DNA of 63,911 nt, the filler included, from Lenisia limosa (Eukaryota; Protista; Breviatea): the NCBI GenBank assembly GCA_001655205.1. It is 15 parts of 15 records of this genome, joined end to end, with 100 filler letters (N's around TTAATTAATTAA, not from the genome) between each part and the next. Parts side by side here need not be neighbours in the genome. Positions count along the whole stretch, not along the records: positions 28,920 to 46,206 come from LPNZ01008317.1; positions 46,307 to 49,034 come from LPNZ01002705.1; 13 more parts are not named here. One strand, given 5' to 3'. The notes under the pieces were generated by a model. That model was not told the origin of the DNA. It saw nothing but the letters and a program-made list of their open reading frames with translations, and did not search any database. Made by a program: the position numbers and the translations under genes. Numbering within the stretch: the stretch's first letter is position 1; the number at the start of each line of letters is the position of its first letter. Below are positions 34,600 through 46,719 of the stretch, piece by piece.

Positions 34600-37500
34600 A
34601 TACCACGTCCCCAGTTACGTCATCACTTGAGGCGTCTGACAGGATCGGGAGGCGAATCCGAGGCACGTGGCTCCAGTCTTCTGCGTGTGACGTGGCGCTC
34701 TGAACCGAACGGCTCGGAGAGAGCAGTAGGGACCCGGGCGACTTTCTGTTGTCAGCTCGGAGCATTGATCCGGTACGAGGTGGGGAGAGTGGAGGGTGTG
34801 CAGGTGATGGTTGTGATGAAAATGCGGAAAGGCGAGGCTTTGGGGAGGAACGCTGAGGGGCAGGGGATATGGCTGGGATAGTGATGATGGCGGAGGGTGA
34901 TGTTTGTGACGTTTGCTGACGTTTTGTTGGCGTAAATGCCTGGGAAGTGAGTGGAATAACAGAAAGAGGACAGATCATCTGTTGAAACTTACATCATCGC
35001 ATCAACCAAGAATACGGATTGTAGTTTTTCATTTCATCATCATCTTTTTTCAGAACACTTTCTATTTTTAGTTTCAAGGGGTTTGGGTAGAACAGAAATA
35101 AGCCCCCAATCCCACAGAGGGTCGTGAAGGCGATAATAGTTGTTCCGGACTATCAGGTACTCCAAAGCCGACAAATGTGCGCCCGGGTAACACCGGGGTA
35201 CCTTGAGGTACTGGTTTGGGCGAGGCTGGGGGAAGGGTGAAATGGAACTGTGATACTGTCTTATTTTAGTATTACCTGAGTTGATTTTTGAAATAGCTGA
35301 TGCTCATGAAACGGTGGAACGTGTTGAAATGCCCTCTTTATTCTAACACAAGCTTACAGGGAGGAGAGAAGAAGGCTGTGGGGGAAAGAGGGCTGACAGG
35401 GGAGCTTCCAGAGCTGAAAATACAAATAAATGATAAATATAGTGCATGGTCTCAGTATTAAAAGAACCGCTAGTTCAATGAAAATAGATCAACATTCCGA
35501 TTCCGTTTGAAAAAAAAAAAGAAAAGTAATCAGTAACTGTTTTGTCAAGATAACCAAAATACTCAATCGATTCCTTAAAAAGAAGCAATATTTCCTCTTT
35601 ACCCACCTCGTTGATACCGACATCGGGACTGGTGTTGGTGGTGATGGGGGTCTAGCACTAACATCTTCGGAAGAATAGGGCGGGATTTCGGAGGAATATG
35701 ACGTCATGCCAGGTGAATAGGGGTGGACTTCAGGGGAATACGGGGATGTGACAGGAATGTACTTTGGGGAGGTGGAGGAGAGATAGGCCGAATAATCAGC
35801 GGATGTTTCGAGTGAGTCGTTTTGTTTGTGTCGTGACAGCGGTGATCGGGTTCGATGAGGTGGGGATGCTATAGTCGTTGGTTAACGCAAATACAATTAT
35901 AATATCAATGAGTGTACCTTTCTAACAACAGGTTATTATTCAACACTTGGTATTGTAGAAGTAGTTTCTGGCCACACGTTTTTCGCTTGGATACAATTAT
36001 CCATATCATATGATATGTATGATATAGTATTCAAACATTACACCCGTTTCAAGTGCCAACCTGGGGATGGAATTGAACTTGAAGGCGCGATATTTGGGCT
36101 TTGCGACGCTATCCGAGCGGACGGAATTGAAGAAAGCGCCGCTGGTGACGTGGCATTCAGAGGGGACTGGAATATTAGGGCCTTTATATTCATCTTGTCT
36201 TTGGTTAATGAGAAATATCCTTTCTTTTCAAGTTACTAAACTAAATAGCGAAATTATAATTTGAAAGAGTGAGCTTTCTTGATAGCATTTATTTGCTTCA
36301 ACTCTGTGCATAGCCCAAAGAACAGCCAGAAGCAGAAACATACAGAGAGATTCGGTCTTGGGAGGGAGGGTTTGGAGGGCGAGGTATAAGACATGGGGGG
36401 TGCGGACTGGGAGTGGCGTTGTCGTTGCATCTGAAATGGGGTTGGAAAAACAAAAAAAAAACAAGTCAAGATGTGTACTAAGTAAGACGGTTTAAAGTAA
36501 ACTATTAAAAATTTAAGAGAGTGTTTCAGTAGCATAGTCTTCTCTTTGTTAAGGTTTTCGAATTGTATCTCGAAGAAAACTATTTGAAACCAAGTGCAAC
36601 GATTCCCTCCCTCAACCTCAGCGTGAAGTTCTGACACTTCTGTCCGAAGCTTACGAAGCTCAACAACAAGTTCGTCGGATGATGTGGCCGAGAACAGCGA
36701 CACGTCATTATGGGCGGGGCTCAATACAGGCACTGTGGACCGGACCGGACCGGGTGACTGAGATGTAAGGTGCTCTGATTGCTGACAGGAAATCGTGTAT
36801 TATGACAGGGTATTCTCTCTGAAAAAAAAACGAGGAGGATTTCGATTGGAAAACACTTGAGTCGGGACTTTTCCACTTGTACAGTAGTTTTCCTGAAAAA
36901 ATACAGTAAATTTTCTGGGAAAAGTTTTTTCCATGGGAAATCACATAGCAAATCGGTCAAGACTTATCCCGCTCACTGTGTATATATTATATATTTATTA
37001 CTATACATCAAGAGAGAGAGATCATCATATTTATTCAAGTATGATATAATATTAAAATTATAAAAGCTATATAAAAGTCCTACTTGTGGAGTAGATACTG
37101 TAAGATCTTTAGCTGGGGTCGCTGGAGCAGAAATGGACTCATTGACTCCATGGTGATGGTGCTGAAGAAATAATTGTGACTTCTAATGATTGTATCATAT
37201 AGCTCAGCATGAAATTTAAAAAACAAACACTAACTGATATGATATCACATTAAAACCCCACTCCACGAGTCTCAAGACCTCTGAAATAATGGGTAACCGC
37301 TTACCACATGCACATTATCAATGGTGATGGATAACGACGGTCTAACATGACAGAACGCTGTAATTCTTAGAACATGCATGCGGTCATTTATGTTCACATT
37401 ATATTTCCCTTCTCTATTATAAAGAGCCAAGATCAGGCAATCAAAGAATTCGTGAAGGAAAGAGAAGGAGGGTGGTAAACTCAATAGAAAGGGAACACTA

Positions 37501-37660
37501 TTAATTCAAAATTTGCATGAAAACGTTGTTACAAGACGATGTAAACTGGTGCAAGACAAATAATTAAATGGCGGTTACCTTTGACTAGGGATGGGCGAAG
37601 GAGTTGGATTGAAGACTCAACGTCCGTCCCAATTTCCATTATTCTACAATTAGTAGACGT
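34600..37660 (-). CDS. Ser/Pro-rich protein with a short coiled coil (multi-exon)
   Basis: Open minus-strand exons, e.g. DELVVELRKLRTEVSELHAEVE, PASPKPVPQGTPVLPGRTFVGFG, TSYSSEIPPYSSEDVSARPPSP, and a ~115-codon S/P-rich exon at ~34600-34950. Confidence 0.5.
36904..36978. mobile_element. Family E MITE (right TIR intact)
   Basis: TA|CAGT...AAATCGGTCAAGACTTATCCCGCTCACTG, 75 bp. Confidence 0.65.
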
Positions 37661-37921
37661 GAATGGAAGCCTTACTGTTGTCCTGTGTTTAGCATAACTA
37701 TAACGGATGATTCAAAAGGTAACGTCTGACTGTTCCCATTATCACTTGTGAAAATAAATATATTAGTAGTTGTTAATTAATTATATATAGTAGAAAGCAT
37801 GGATGTAGTTGCTGTGTGAAAAATTTGGATTTAATATTGTTTTTAGCTAGGGATGCACATATCCTATTCTTAACCCCACCAAACCACCAAAAACTGCAAA
37901 CACCCCAAAACCGGCCACAAG

Positions 37922-40900
37922 ATGATGTTCCGCTTGATAATAGTCTTGTTATTGGCCTCGGTAACATGGTGCTATACCATTAACAAAGAAGGTGCGGGAT
38001 ATTTCACCCTTCGTCCCCTCCTGTCCCATCTGGATTCATTTTGAACATAAATTATTATTATCATATGAGAAATTACACGCGGAAGGATGCAAAATTCACT
38101 CTCAGTAATCAAAATCTTCGAGTTTATGTTGACCATGTTTGCTGTAATGGATATAGCTTTATAAGTTACACTAACCTCGTTTGATATATAAGGATGACTT
38201 TCAATCTTGATGAAACAGATCATTGGATATGATAGGATGAAATTATATTCGAATAAATCGCAGTTTAATATTTAGGTATTGCCCAAATCGATACATTAGA
38301 GGCAGTCACGCTGAGAGCAGACACTGGTAGGTGGGTTTTGAGGTTGTGAGTAAACATCAATTATCAGAGTTTTGTTTCCCATAATTATGAGAAAGTAAAT
38401 TTCACTTAAACATTTTCTGAACATTCCCCAGATCTTTTTGTTTCAATAAACCTACTACAGTTCAAACCGCATCCCTTGAGGTTGAGGGACGTGTTCTTGG
38501 CTTTGCTCCAGATTACATCAGAACAGTAACCCTCACCAACTCCTCTATTGACCTTGGCATCCAGCTTGCTGATGAAAGTGAGGCAGCCTTGGTATTTATA
38601 TTGTTTTGTGGTGATTGATTGTCTTTGATACTAGTATTAACAGCTTCTTTCCACTAATTATTTCCCATTGCTACATTTCAGTGCATTTTTGGGCAGGTTC
38701 TTATAATCGTCATTTCTAATCCCTCTCAGTTGCCAAGTCACAGCATGCACTCACAGTTGGGAAGTGGATGGTATTTTGTATCATTGAGCTTTTTCATAGT
38801 CATATCTTCTTTGAAATATATCAGGGTATCCAATTATTTTAAGGTGCAATGCTAAACGACGCAGATTAATTATGTACTTGATGTACTGAGTAGTCGGTCG
38901 CATGGAAGAATTCTATGTTATATTATGTACTATGTATGTTCAAATCAATACGGTGTCTCGTACATAATTACATATCGTATATTTATCCCTATTAAACTTC
39001 ATTTTTCTGTGGTACCCTCCATTAAAAATTTAGGTGCGTTTGGAGTGTCATATGGACTGGTTCTGGAGACAAGATGTCAGTGTACCGGCACGCTTCACGC
39101 TCCTTCTCTATTCAACATGCAGCACCCTTTCTGACATCCCATCTGGCATGGTCAATCTCTATGAAAAGCACGTACGTGGAATTTCTGCAACAATTACCCC
39201 TTTTTTCAACTGCCAATATCCTTCACTTTGATTTTTCTAGCCTACATAACCTGAGAAGCTATTAATAAATGTGAATACATTTCTTATCAATCACAGTACG
39301 AAACCACGCAAAGTTATGCCAAAATGAGACTCTATGACTACGCAAGTGTCAGGTTTGTTCTTTTAAACACGAAACCAGAAGACTGCAACTGGCCTACTCA
39401 TTCATCTATTTGTCATTTTTGTTGTTGAGCTTTTTCTTTCATATTTCGTTGAGTGTGTGAGTTTATTCATAGAGATCTTACTTTGTTAGGTTGTATAGAA
39501 TCACTTTCTTTGATCACTCTAATGTCACGAGTAGGTGGGAGTGATTATTGAGGGGAATAATGCTCCATTGCTTTAACTTCTCGTTTCTTACAAAAGGTGT
39601 TTTTTTGTAAAATGGCCAAATAAACGTAACTGATATATGTAGCTCGCGACCCTGGTTTCAATGATCATGCTTTATTCGTATCAGCGTAAGTCGCCGTCAT
39701 GGAAACGTCATTATTTTGAAGTGAAGGAGTTCAGTTTCTCATTATTAACCAGGGCGGTCCACACATACATTTTCTTTGACAACTGCCGTCTATATGTCCA
39801 TTCCCCTGTGGTCAACATGCAAGGATTGGGCAACGTGGTGCAGGTGTGTTGGGTTTTAAAAACTATCTTTTGATTTAATAGCACCCTGGTGCTATTGGCC
39901 ACCTTGGATACTTAAATGCAATTTTCCTCTTCTTTCTGTATCATATCTGCCAAATTTACTTTCCGCTTTGACTTTTTTCACCGATTAGTTTGGTTATGTA
40001 CATGCTCGAAACAATTTGGACGGATCAGCCCGTGTGGATCTTGTGGCATACTTCCCACGTGGGGGGTGGGGGTATTGCAGTTGAAGAACTTCACTCAGTG
40101 ATCAAGCGGTTTTGAATATGAACTGCATGATATGCTTATATTGTTACTACGAATATGGTCAACAAAGGAACAAAGGTTATCGTATTTGATCACTTTAGAA
40201 TGGACGTATTACGGACTGGATGTGACAGTTGCTGTGTCGCATATGTACGTATGTGGGGTGTTGTAGGTTCAACCCACCTTGCACGTGGTTTTTTTTATAT
40301 TGATTTGCAACAACAATAACCATATGATATCATTGCGCTNNNNNNNNNNNNNNNNNNNNNNNNNNNNNNNNNNNNNNNNNNNNNNNNNNNNNNNNNNNNN
40401 NNNNNNNNNNNNNNNNNNNNNNNNNNNNNNNNNNNNNNNNNNNNNNNNNNNNNNNNNNNNNNNNNNNNNNNNNNNNNNNNNNNNNNNNNNNNNNNNNNNN
40501 NNNNNNNNNNNNNNNNNNNNNNNNNNNNNNNNNNNNNNNNNNNNNNNNNNNNNATATTGTACTCTGTGGAATGCGGTGATGCAAAAGCGACCGACATGGG
40601 CCATGTTTGTTTTGTTGTTGTCAACCCTTGTGTGTTGTCAGCCAATAGAGTTGATTTGGTTTTGTTTCATAAATTTTCCAATTTTACTNNNNNNNNNNNN
40701 NNNNNNNNNNNNNNNNNNNNNNNNNNNNNNNNNNNNNNNNNNNNNNNNNNNNNNNNNNNNNNNNNNNNNNNNNNNNNNNNNNNNNNNNNNNNNNNNNNNN
40801 NNNNNNNNNNNNNNNNNNNNNNNNNNNNNNNTCCTACAACCTACTCTGAAGGAGAGTATCGGCCAGCTGATACCAGTGCATTTGCAAAGTTCAGTCAGTC

Positions 40901-41095
40901 TACGCGGTCTATGGAAGGTAAGAGCGTCATTCTTGGGGCTTTTGTTCCCCGCAACCTTTGTTTCTCTACGAATTAGGATTTAGAATTTTGGGTATATTTT
41001 TTTCCCCCTTTAATCTACCACATCTTTACCCTGCAGGATTGGTCTTCATTGCTGATGTGAGCGGTATCAGCCTTGTTGGCGAGCTGGGTGTATAA
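37922..41095 (+). CDS. Putative secreted hypothetical protein
   Basis: MMFRLIIVLLLASVTWCYT signal-peptide-like start; exons VQTASLEVEGRVLGFAPDYIRTVTLTNSSIDLG, DVSVPARFTLLLYS, PTTYSEGEYRPAD; last exon GLVFIADVSGISLVGELGV-TAA. Confidence 0.5.
40567..40688 (+). repeat. Family B repeat, sense, ending at a gap before the next exon
   Basis: TGGAATGCGGTGATGCAAAAGCGACC...CATAAATTTTCCAATTTTACT. Confidence 0.9.
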
Positions 41096-41351
41096 ATTAC
41101 CGTGCTGAACCTTGTCCCTGCCTGCTTTTATGTATTATATCTTATTTTCAGCTTCACGAAGCTACAAATGAGTATAGTACTAGACAGTGGTGGAAAACAA
41201 AAATTGAAGACGGGGGTCTTTAAAACGCAAATGAGCATGGAGAGTTGTTCAGATAATACTGGTTCACAATTCCTCCAATTGATGAAAAGCAATGATATCA
41301 TATATGATATATATAAGATCAGAAATAAAGGACGGGCTCAACTTATACAAT

Positions 41352-43474
41352 CTAAAGACGGGATAACACGGTCATGGTGTCTTTTGTCATTGCGCTGCAA
41401 GCAATAAACGAAGTCTAAATGGTTAGATTTCCACTCTATGATTCGCAAAATCCATACAAATCAAAATCATCACTGAGATGAATGCGACATAACTTACCTC
41501 AAGAGGACACATATTGAAATTGAACTTGGAAGTAGACAAGATGGCCCCTGAAGCGCTCCGGCCCTGAGTAGTCAGATAAGATTTAAAAAATAGTATATCA
41601 TTGTGCTAAACGTGAATGAAAAAATGGATTCTGCTTAGAGCTCCGTGCAATTAATTGAAAAAATAATTGCAAAATTTGAAGTGCACCGTATTGTAATGTA
41701 AACTCAATTTCAGACAATTAAATTTTAAATTTCTGCTGGTTCATTATTGTTTTTGACGAATCATGTTAACAGCTTTATACCCAAAGATGACCCCCCCCCC
41801 ACATCAGAAGCTAGGTTCTCCAACTGGGCTGCCTTGGTTTGGCGTACACGCGTTCTACAGGATTATCGATTTTTAAAGATTTCAATGAGATAGAAAAATA
41901 GGAACAAAGTTGATGGCTGAAGAGGCGATCTAATTACGAAAGGTCACTGGTCGAATGACATAATTAAAAGCACAAAATCCCAAATGCGAATGTCTTAAAG
42001 AACGGTTCACTGCCCTTTGTACAATTCAGCCTCAAGAAGCGCCTTAGCAGTGGAAGGTCGGACGGCTGCGGCGGATTCAGATTTGTTGAGGCAAATGATC
42101 AGTTCGGGAGCGTACGAGGGGTAGTCTTCAATATTCATAACTTCATGGAGCATACTGTGTGGTGAAGGAAACCAAAAACAAAAGACAACTGTATAATATG
42201 AGTAACTTCATTATCTCACATCAAAAAAATATTCCCAAAGCGTAGAGTGTAATCGCATTCATTCAAACCTAATAAACTCACAAAATATCCAATGGACCCA
42301 CTCTGCAACATCCAATGGACCGGAACCACTCTGCAACATCCAATGGACCCACTCTGCAACATCCAATGGACCCACTCTGCAACATCGGTCTTCTCGGCTG
42401 CGAGGGTAGACGCATCAATCACAAAAAACTGAGGAGTGAGTCATTTGGCTTATTCCCCAAAACCCAATAAAGCGTCATACAACCCCACACCCAACAAAGC
42501 ATACCACAGTCTTAGCATCGTGCGCAAGGTTGGCGAAGAGTTTGCGGAGTCTGCGATGCCCAGGACAGACAACGATCTTCTGTGTACGATCCTCCTGGGG
42601 TGGGGTCATGGCAGATTTAGTGACTATGAACAGCTTTGGCTTGATAATTCTATTGCAAGGTAATAAATCGATCGCATGTCTACCGTAACTGAAGGGGGGC
42701 AAATAACAATATGCCATACCAATTGAAGATTAATGGTATTTGCCTCCATGGAGGGGTGGGTATCGCGAGCTTGTTGACCGGATATCTGAAGTGGTAATGA
42801 AGGTATGATATATTAAATATACGATATGATGAGTAGCAACAAAACAAAACAAAAATTAGCAACAAAGTAGGGACTTTTTAACTTATGAGAGTGAAAATGA
42901 TTCAAAATGCTGGCCAAAAGAGGAAGATAGATTATACTCAAATAAAAGGACAGGATAATCTGTGGACTATTTATTTACCCAATGTAAGGCTTCCAAGGGT
43001 GAAGGCTTACGCTCATAAGCAAGGTTGTTTTGCCGCTATTAGGAAGGCCACACATGAGGACAGTTGTTCCTTTTGTCTTACTGCCGGAAAGAAGATAGAC
43101 TGAGAAGTAACGATGGGAGAAGAAGGCATACTACGTAACCATAACAGGTGTCACAAATTCAAGGAATCCATCTTTATTGAAACTAATACCTTTTAAAATT
43201 GGATAGCAAGTTCATTAGTAATAGACATAACCCAACATTAATTCTTTGCCCCCTTCCCTCTTCCCAACAAACCGATAAAGATGAAGAAAAGCGCGATCAT
43301 CAGAACGACAGAAAACCCAGCCATTCCGGCCGAGAACTGATTAACAAGAAGGAAGTCCGCGACTTCTGCAGGAAAGGATTCCAGAACAACTTCACCAAGG
43401 TCTTCAGTTTTGCAGGCTGTGAGGGCAATGAGTCCAGCATAGTCCAAGTTTTTGATATGCTCAATGAATTCCAT
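41352..43474 (-). CDS. SRPRB: Signal recognition particle receptor beta subunit
   Basis: N-terminal TM GFSVVLMIALFFIFIVYLL, then TVLMCGLPNSGKTTLL; RDTHPSMEAN; IVVCPGHRRLR; TVFFVIDAS...VADMLHEV...LIICLNKSE; EAELTRVRQTKAA; KFNF; TSFIACSA...TAG at 41352-41354. Confidence 0.85.
42288..42386. repeat. 23-bp tandem repeat x4 spanning an SRPRB exon-intron junction
   Basis: TCCAATGGACCCACTCTGCAACA x4 (one unit with a 4-nt insertion); on the gene strand each unit contains GCAGA|GTGGGT or a variant. Confidence 0.92.
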
Positions 43475-43577
43475 GATCGCTCGTCTTTGAGGTTGAGAGG
43501 AGTTTGGACGGGTTTTTTTATTTATTCCTGTAAACTTTTGAACAAACCAATAAATATTTGATAGAGAGAAAAGGAAG

Positions 43578-45532
43578 ATGGCGGCTTGGCTTGTCAACAA
43601 AAAGGTGAACATCGGTAGCCGGAGTTTCGCTTATTAGGTTTTTGCACTCCTCGCCGCCTCGCCCACCCCTGCCACCCCTCTTCGTCTTCCTCCTGTCGTT
43701 AGATTAGTAGCCTTAGAAAATCCACAACGGACTAACTTGGGACTAACCCATCTTTGGAGCAGCGGGTGTGAGCTTGCCCATACTTCAAGCTCTCAAGAAT
43801 GGATGTTCACAGTATCTCAACTGATGGTATGGTTACCATCTGTAACTCTTAGTATCAGCAATACTGTTTGGTCAAGATATTGCTTATCCACACTGACAGC
43901 GCCCATTATCATCTTCGTTAAACTGATACCTAATTCCACCAGAGCTAACAGCGCACATCCACAATGCAGCAACAGCGAAGGCTGCTCTCTCTATCTATGC
44001 CTTATTGGTATGTCTCTCTCCATACCTCATTCTATGCCTTTTGGTATGCATAACCGGTTTCGACGTGGTTTGTAGCACTCTAAATGTAATATGCCTTAAA
44101 AATTGGCTTGAGATACAGTAATCACAGTTTCAACAACATTTATGAAAGTATGGACAGCTTTATTGAGACGAGTGATTTGTAATGTTTCAGGAGGAGGCTG
44201 ACAATGACTGTGTTTCTTTGGTCCAAGACATCGTGAATTCTGATGTCGAGATCTTCAACTTCCACCTCTCTGGTATGGGGGGGGGGGGGTTGNNNNNNNN
44301 NNNNNNNNNNNNNNNNNNNNNNNNNNNNNNNNNNNNNNNNNNNNNNNNNNNNGGTCTGAAATATCTGCTTTTTGAGAATTGCAAGTTGATATTGTACAAA
44401 TTCATCCCAGGACTGCACTTGAATATAAATATTTTTTTGAATGGTAATTAATTATCCCAATTCTCTGAGATACATTACCATCTGTTGTATGTTTTTTTTT
44501 TCCCCTGTATAACTGAGCAGTTGCTACATCTCTTGGTCCGCGAATGGAAAATGGCACCGCAACCAACCTTGCAAGAAGTCTGCTGACGTATTTGGAACAG
44601 AGTAATTCGGTGGGACTTTTGTGTTTTGTGAATGTTTTCATTAGTAATATTGATATAATACCCAACCAAGTAAGCTTCCTCTCATATGTACCTACATATG
44701 GTTTCCTTTCATTATTTTTCAGAAGTGAGGGAGATGTCTATTTCATATGTATACATATCATATCATTATACATACAATACATATAGCTACATGTACATAC
44801 ATCTCCCTCACTTCTGAAAAATAGTAAAGGAAACCCATCTGTTAAGGAGTGGCTTCCATAGAATGTTCCTAACCTGAATAGTCAACTTCCACAGTCCATT
44901 GTTCAAAGGCAACATGTGAGCACGAGACCTGTCACGTGCCATGCTCGCAGTTCAGAGCCACTAAATACCTTGCACTCTTCCTGCCATCCCTTCGCCCTGT
45001 AGTCGCAGCTCTAGTCTCCACACAGTTCAGCACTGTATTAGTTACACTGGTTAACAGCACTTCAACGTTGGAGTGGATCAGAGATCTTGTTCTTTCAACT
45101 TTGGCCCCCCTCGTGGTTCCTGGTCTTTCGCAGCAATCATCGCATTTCCAACCAAACATGGCCCATATTATTACCATCGTTGATACACTCTACGACAAAG
45201 CAATGGCCCCTTTCCAGCTTCCAAAAGAGGGTCCCACTGAAGGACTTATTCCGGAGCAATTCAGCCAAGACCCTGATGTTACGATATTAGAGTCGAGTCT
45301 TGGCATCATGTGTGCTCTCTTCCCGGCGCTTTATGACGGATTTGTGTTAGCGCCACATGGATTGGACGAACCACCTAAGGAGGTCAAGAGAGCCTGGAAT
45401 CAGAAGGAGAAACGCAAGAACAAGAAAAACGCTCCTGCAACGTCTGGGCCAATTTCCAGGCAAATGACTGTTACACACCGAGATGCAAGAAAGGATGATA
45501 GGTTGGGACAAGGGCTGTTTTATTGTTGTTAA
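43578..45532 (+). CDS. Hypothetical protein
   Basis: Possible start MAAWLVNKKVNI|GT; exons EEADNDCVSLVQDIVNSDVEIFNFHLS and LLHLLVREWKMAPQPTLQE; long terminal ORF 44936-45532 (198 codons). Confidence 0.55.
44699..44837. mobile_element. Fold-back/MITE-like element with ~38-bp inverted arms
   Basis: 44699-44737 TGGTTTCCTTTCATTATTTTTCAGAAGTGAGGGAGATGT versus the reverse complement of 44799-44837; AT-rich spacer. Confidence 0.7.
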
Positions 45533-46306
45533 ACGTTCCGGATTATTCGTGTGCGGTTAATACCATAGTTGTATATCAGTAACTACATGTTTCATTTATT
45601 ATATATCATAGCTATATATATATTCTTCCAATGTTTTGTGGGGAAGCTCGCAAAAAGTTGTGCAAACTTTGTTTAAAGGCAAATTATTGAGTGTATTAAT
45701 AACAAAGTATGTTATCGCCAATTTCTAGGTCAGGTTTTTCCTTTTTCTACATATTCAATTTTCCAACTCCGCCAGGTTCTGGGCGGTACTTAGGGCTGGC
45801 CTCCTGTGCTCTGCGGCGGGTGTTACAAAACGAGCGATTTGGCTCTTAAGAGCAACAATTGACATTTCTTGGAGTCTTGGCTGGGATGAAGTCAGCCCCA
45901 CGTTTGGTCCTTATCTTGACGGTTTGTTCGACGAAAAAATGTGTCTCAATACCTTGTGCGTACATATAATATATAGTATATCATATACATGTATATAAGT
46001 GGTCGAGTTTGGCCTTGACCGCGTATTTAGCCTTGACCGCGTATTTGGCCTTGACCAGCCACTTGATTCAAAAATATTTTAAGACTTTTTGTTGGTACTT
46101 GTCATGATTAAAAATCACTGACTTTCAAAAAAACACACTATATTCAAAAAGAACAAAAATTAGACACAAACTAATTGCCACGTCTGCGCCCTAGTGTCAC
46201 CTCTTGNNNNNNNNNNNNNNNNNNNNNNNNNNNNNNNNNNNNNNNNNNNNTTAATTAATTAANNNNNNNNNNNNNNNNNNNNNNNNNNNNNNNNNNNNNN
46301 NNNNNN

Positions 46307-46365
46307 TGGGGATATCTGTGTGTATGGGGATATCTGTGTGTATGGGGATATCTGTGTGTATGGGG
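46307..46365. repeat. 18-bp tandem repeat x3
   Basis: TGGGGATATCTGTGTGTA repeated at a contig end. Confidence 0.9.
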
Positions 46366-46719
46366 AGCTTTCTGAGGGGAATAATTAATGAGGGGAGCAC
46401 TGCAATGGGAATCCAATGTTTTCAGGCCTGATTTACTGGGGCAGATACACACAGAGCCTTGACCACTTCCGTCTTCCTGGGCTCCTAGCTGTTGGCCAGG
46501 ATATTGGGGGTCCGAGCGTAACGTCATCGTGTTTGACGGGTCGAGCTGCTGCGGATCAGATCGGTTGGCGGGAGGGAATTTATTGATATGGATAGTTTAC
46601 TCTTAAACTACAACGATAGACATGGGATTCTTATGTAAAAGGGAGATTTTCCTTATTTTTCTGGGGATCCTATGTAAATATGGAAATCTGAAGCAATTGA
46701 TGGCATTCCTGTCATGCTC

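Noticed and set aside
42288-42386. CRISPR-like array (also 8707, 34491, 46010, 46307, 52262, 58563)
   Set aside because: The units are directly adjacent with no unique spacers, no cas genes are present, and the context is eukaryotic; these are simple tandem repeats.
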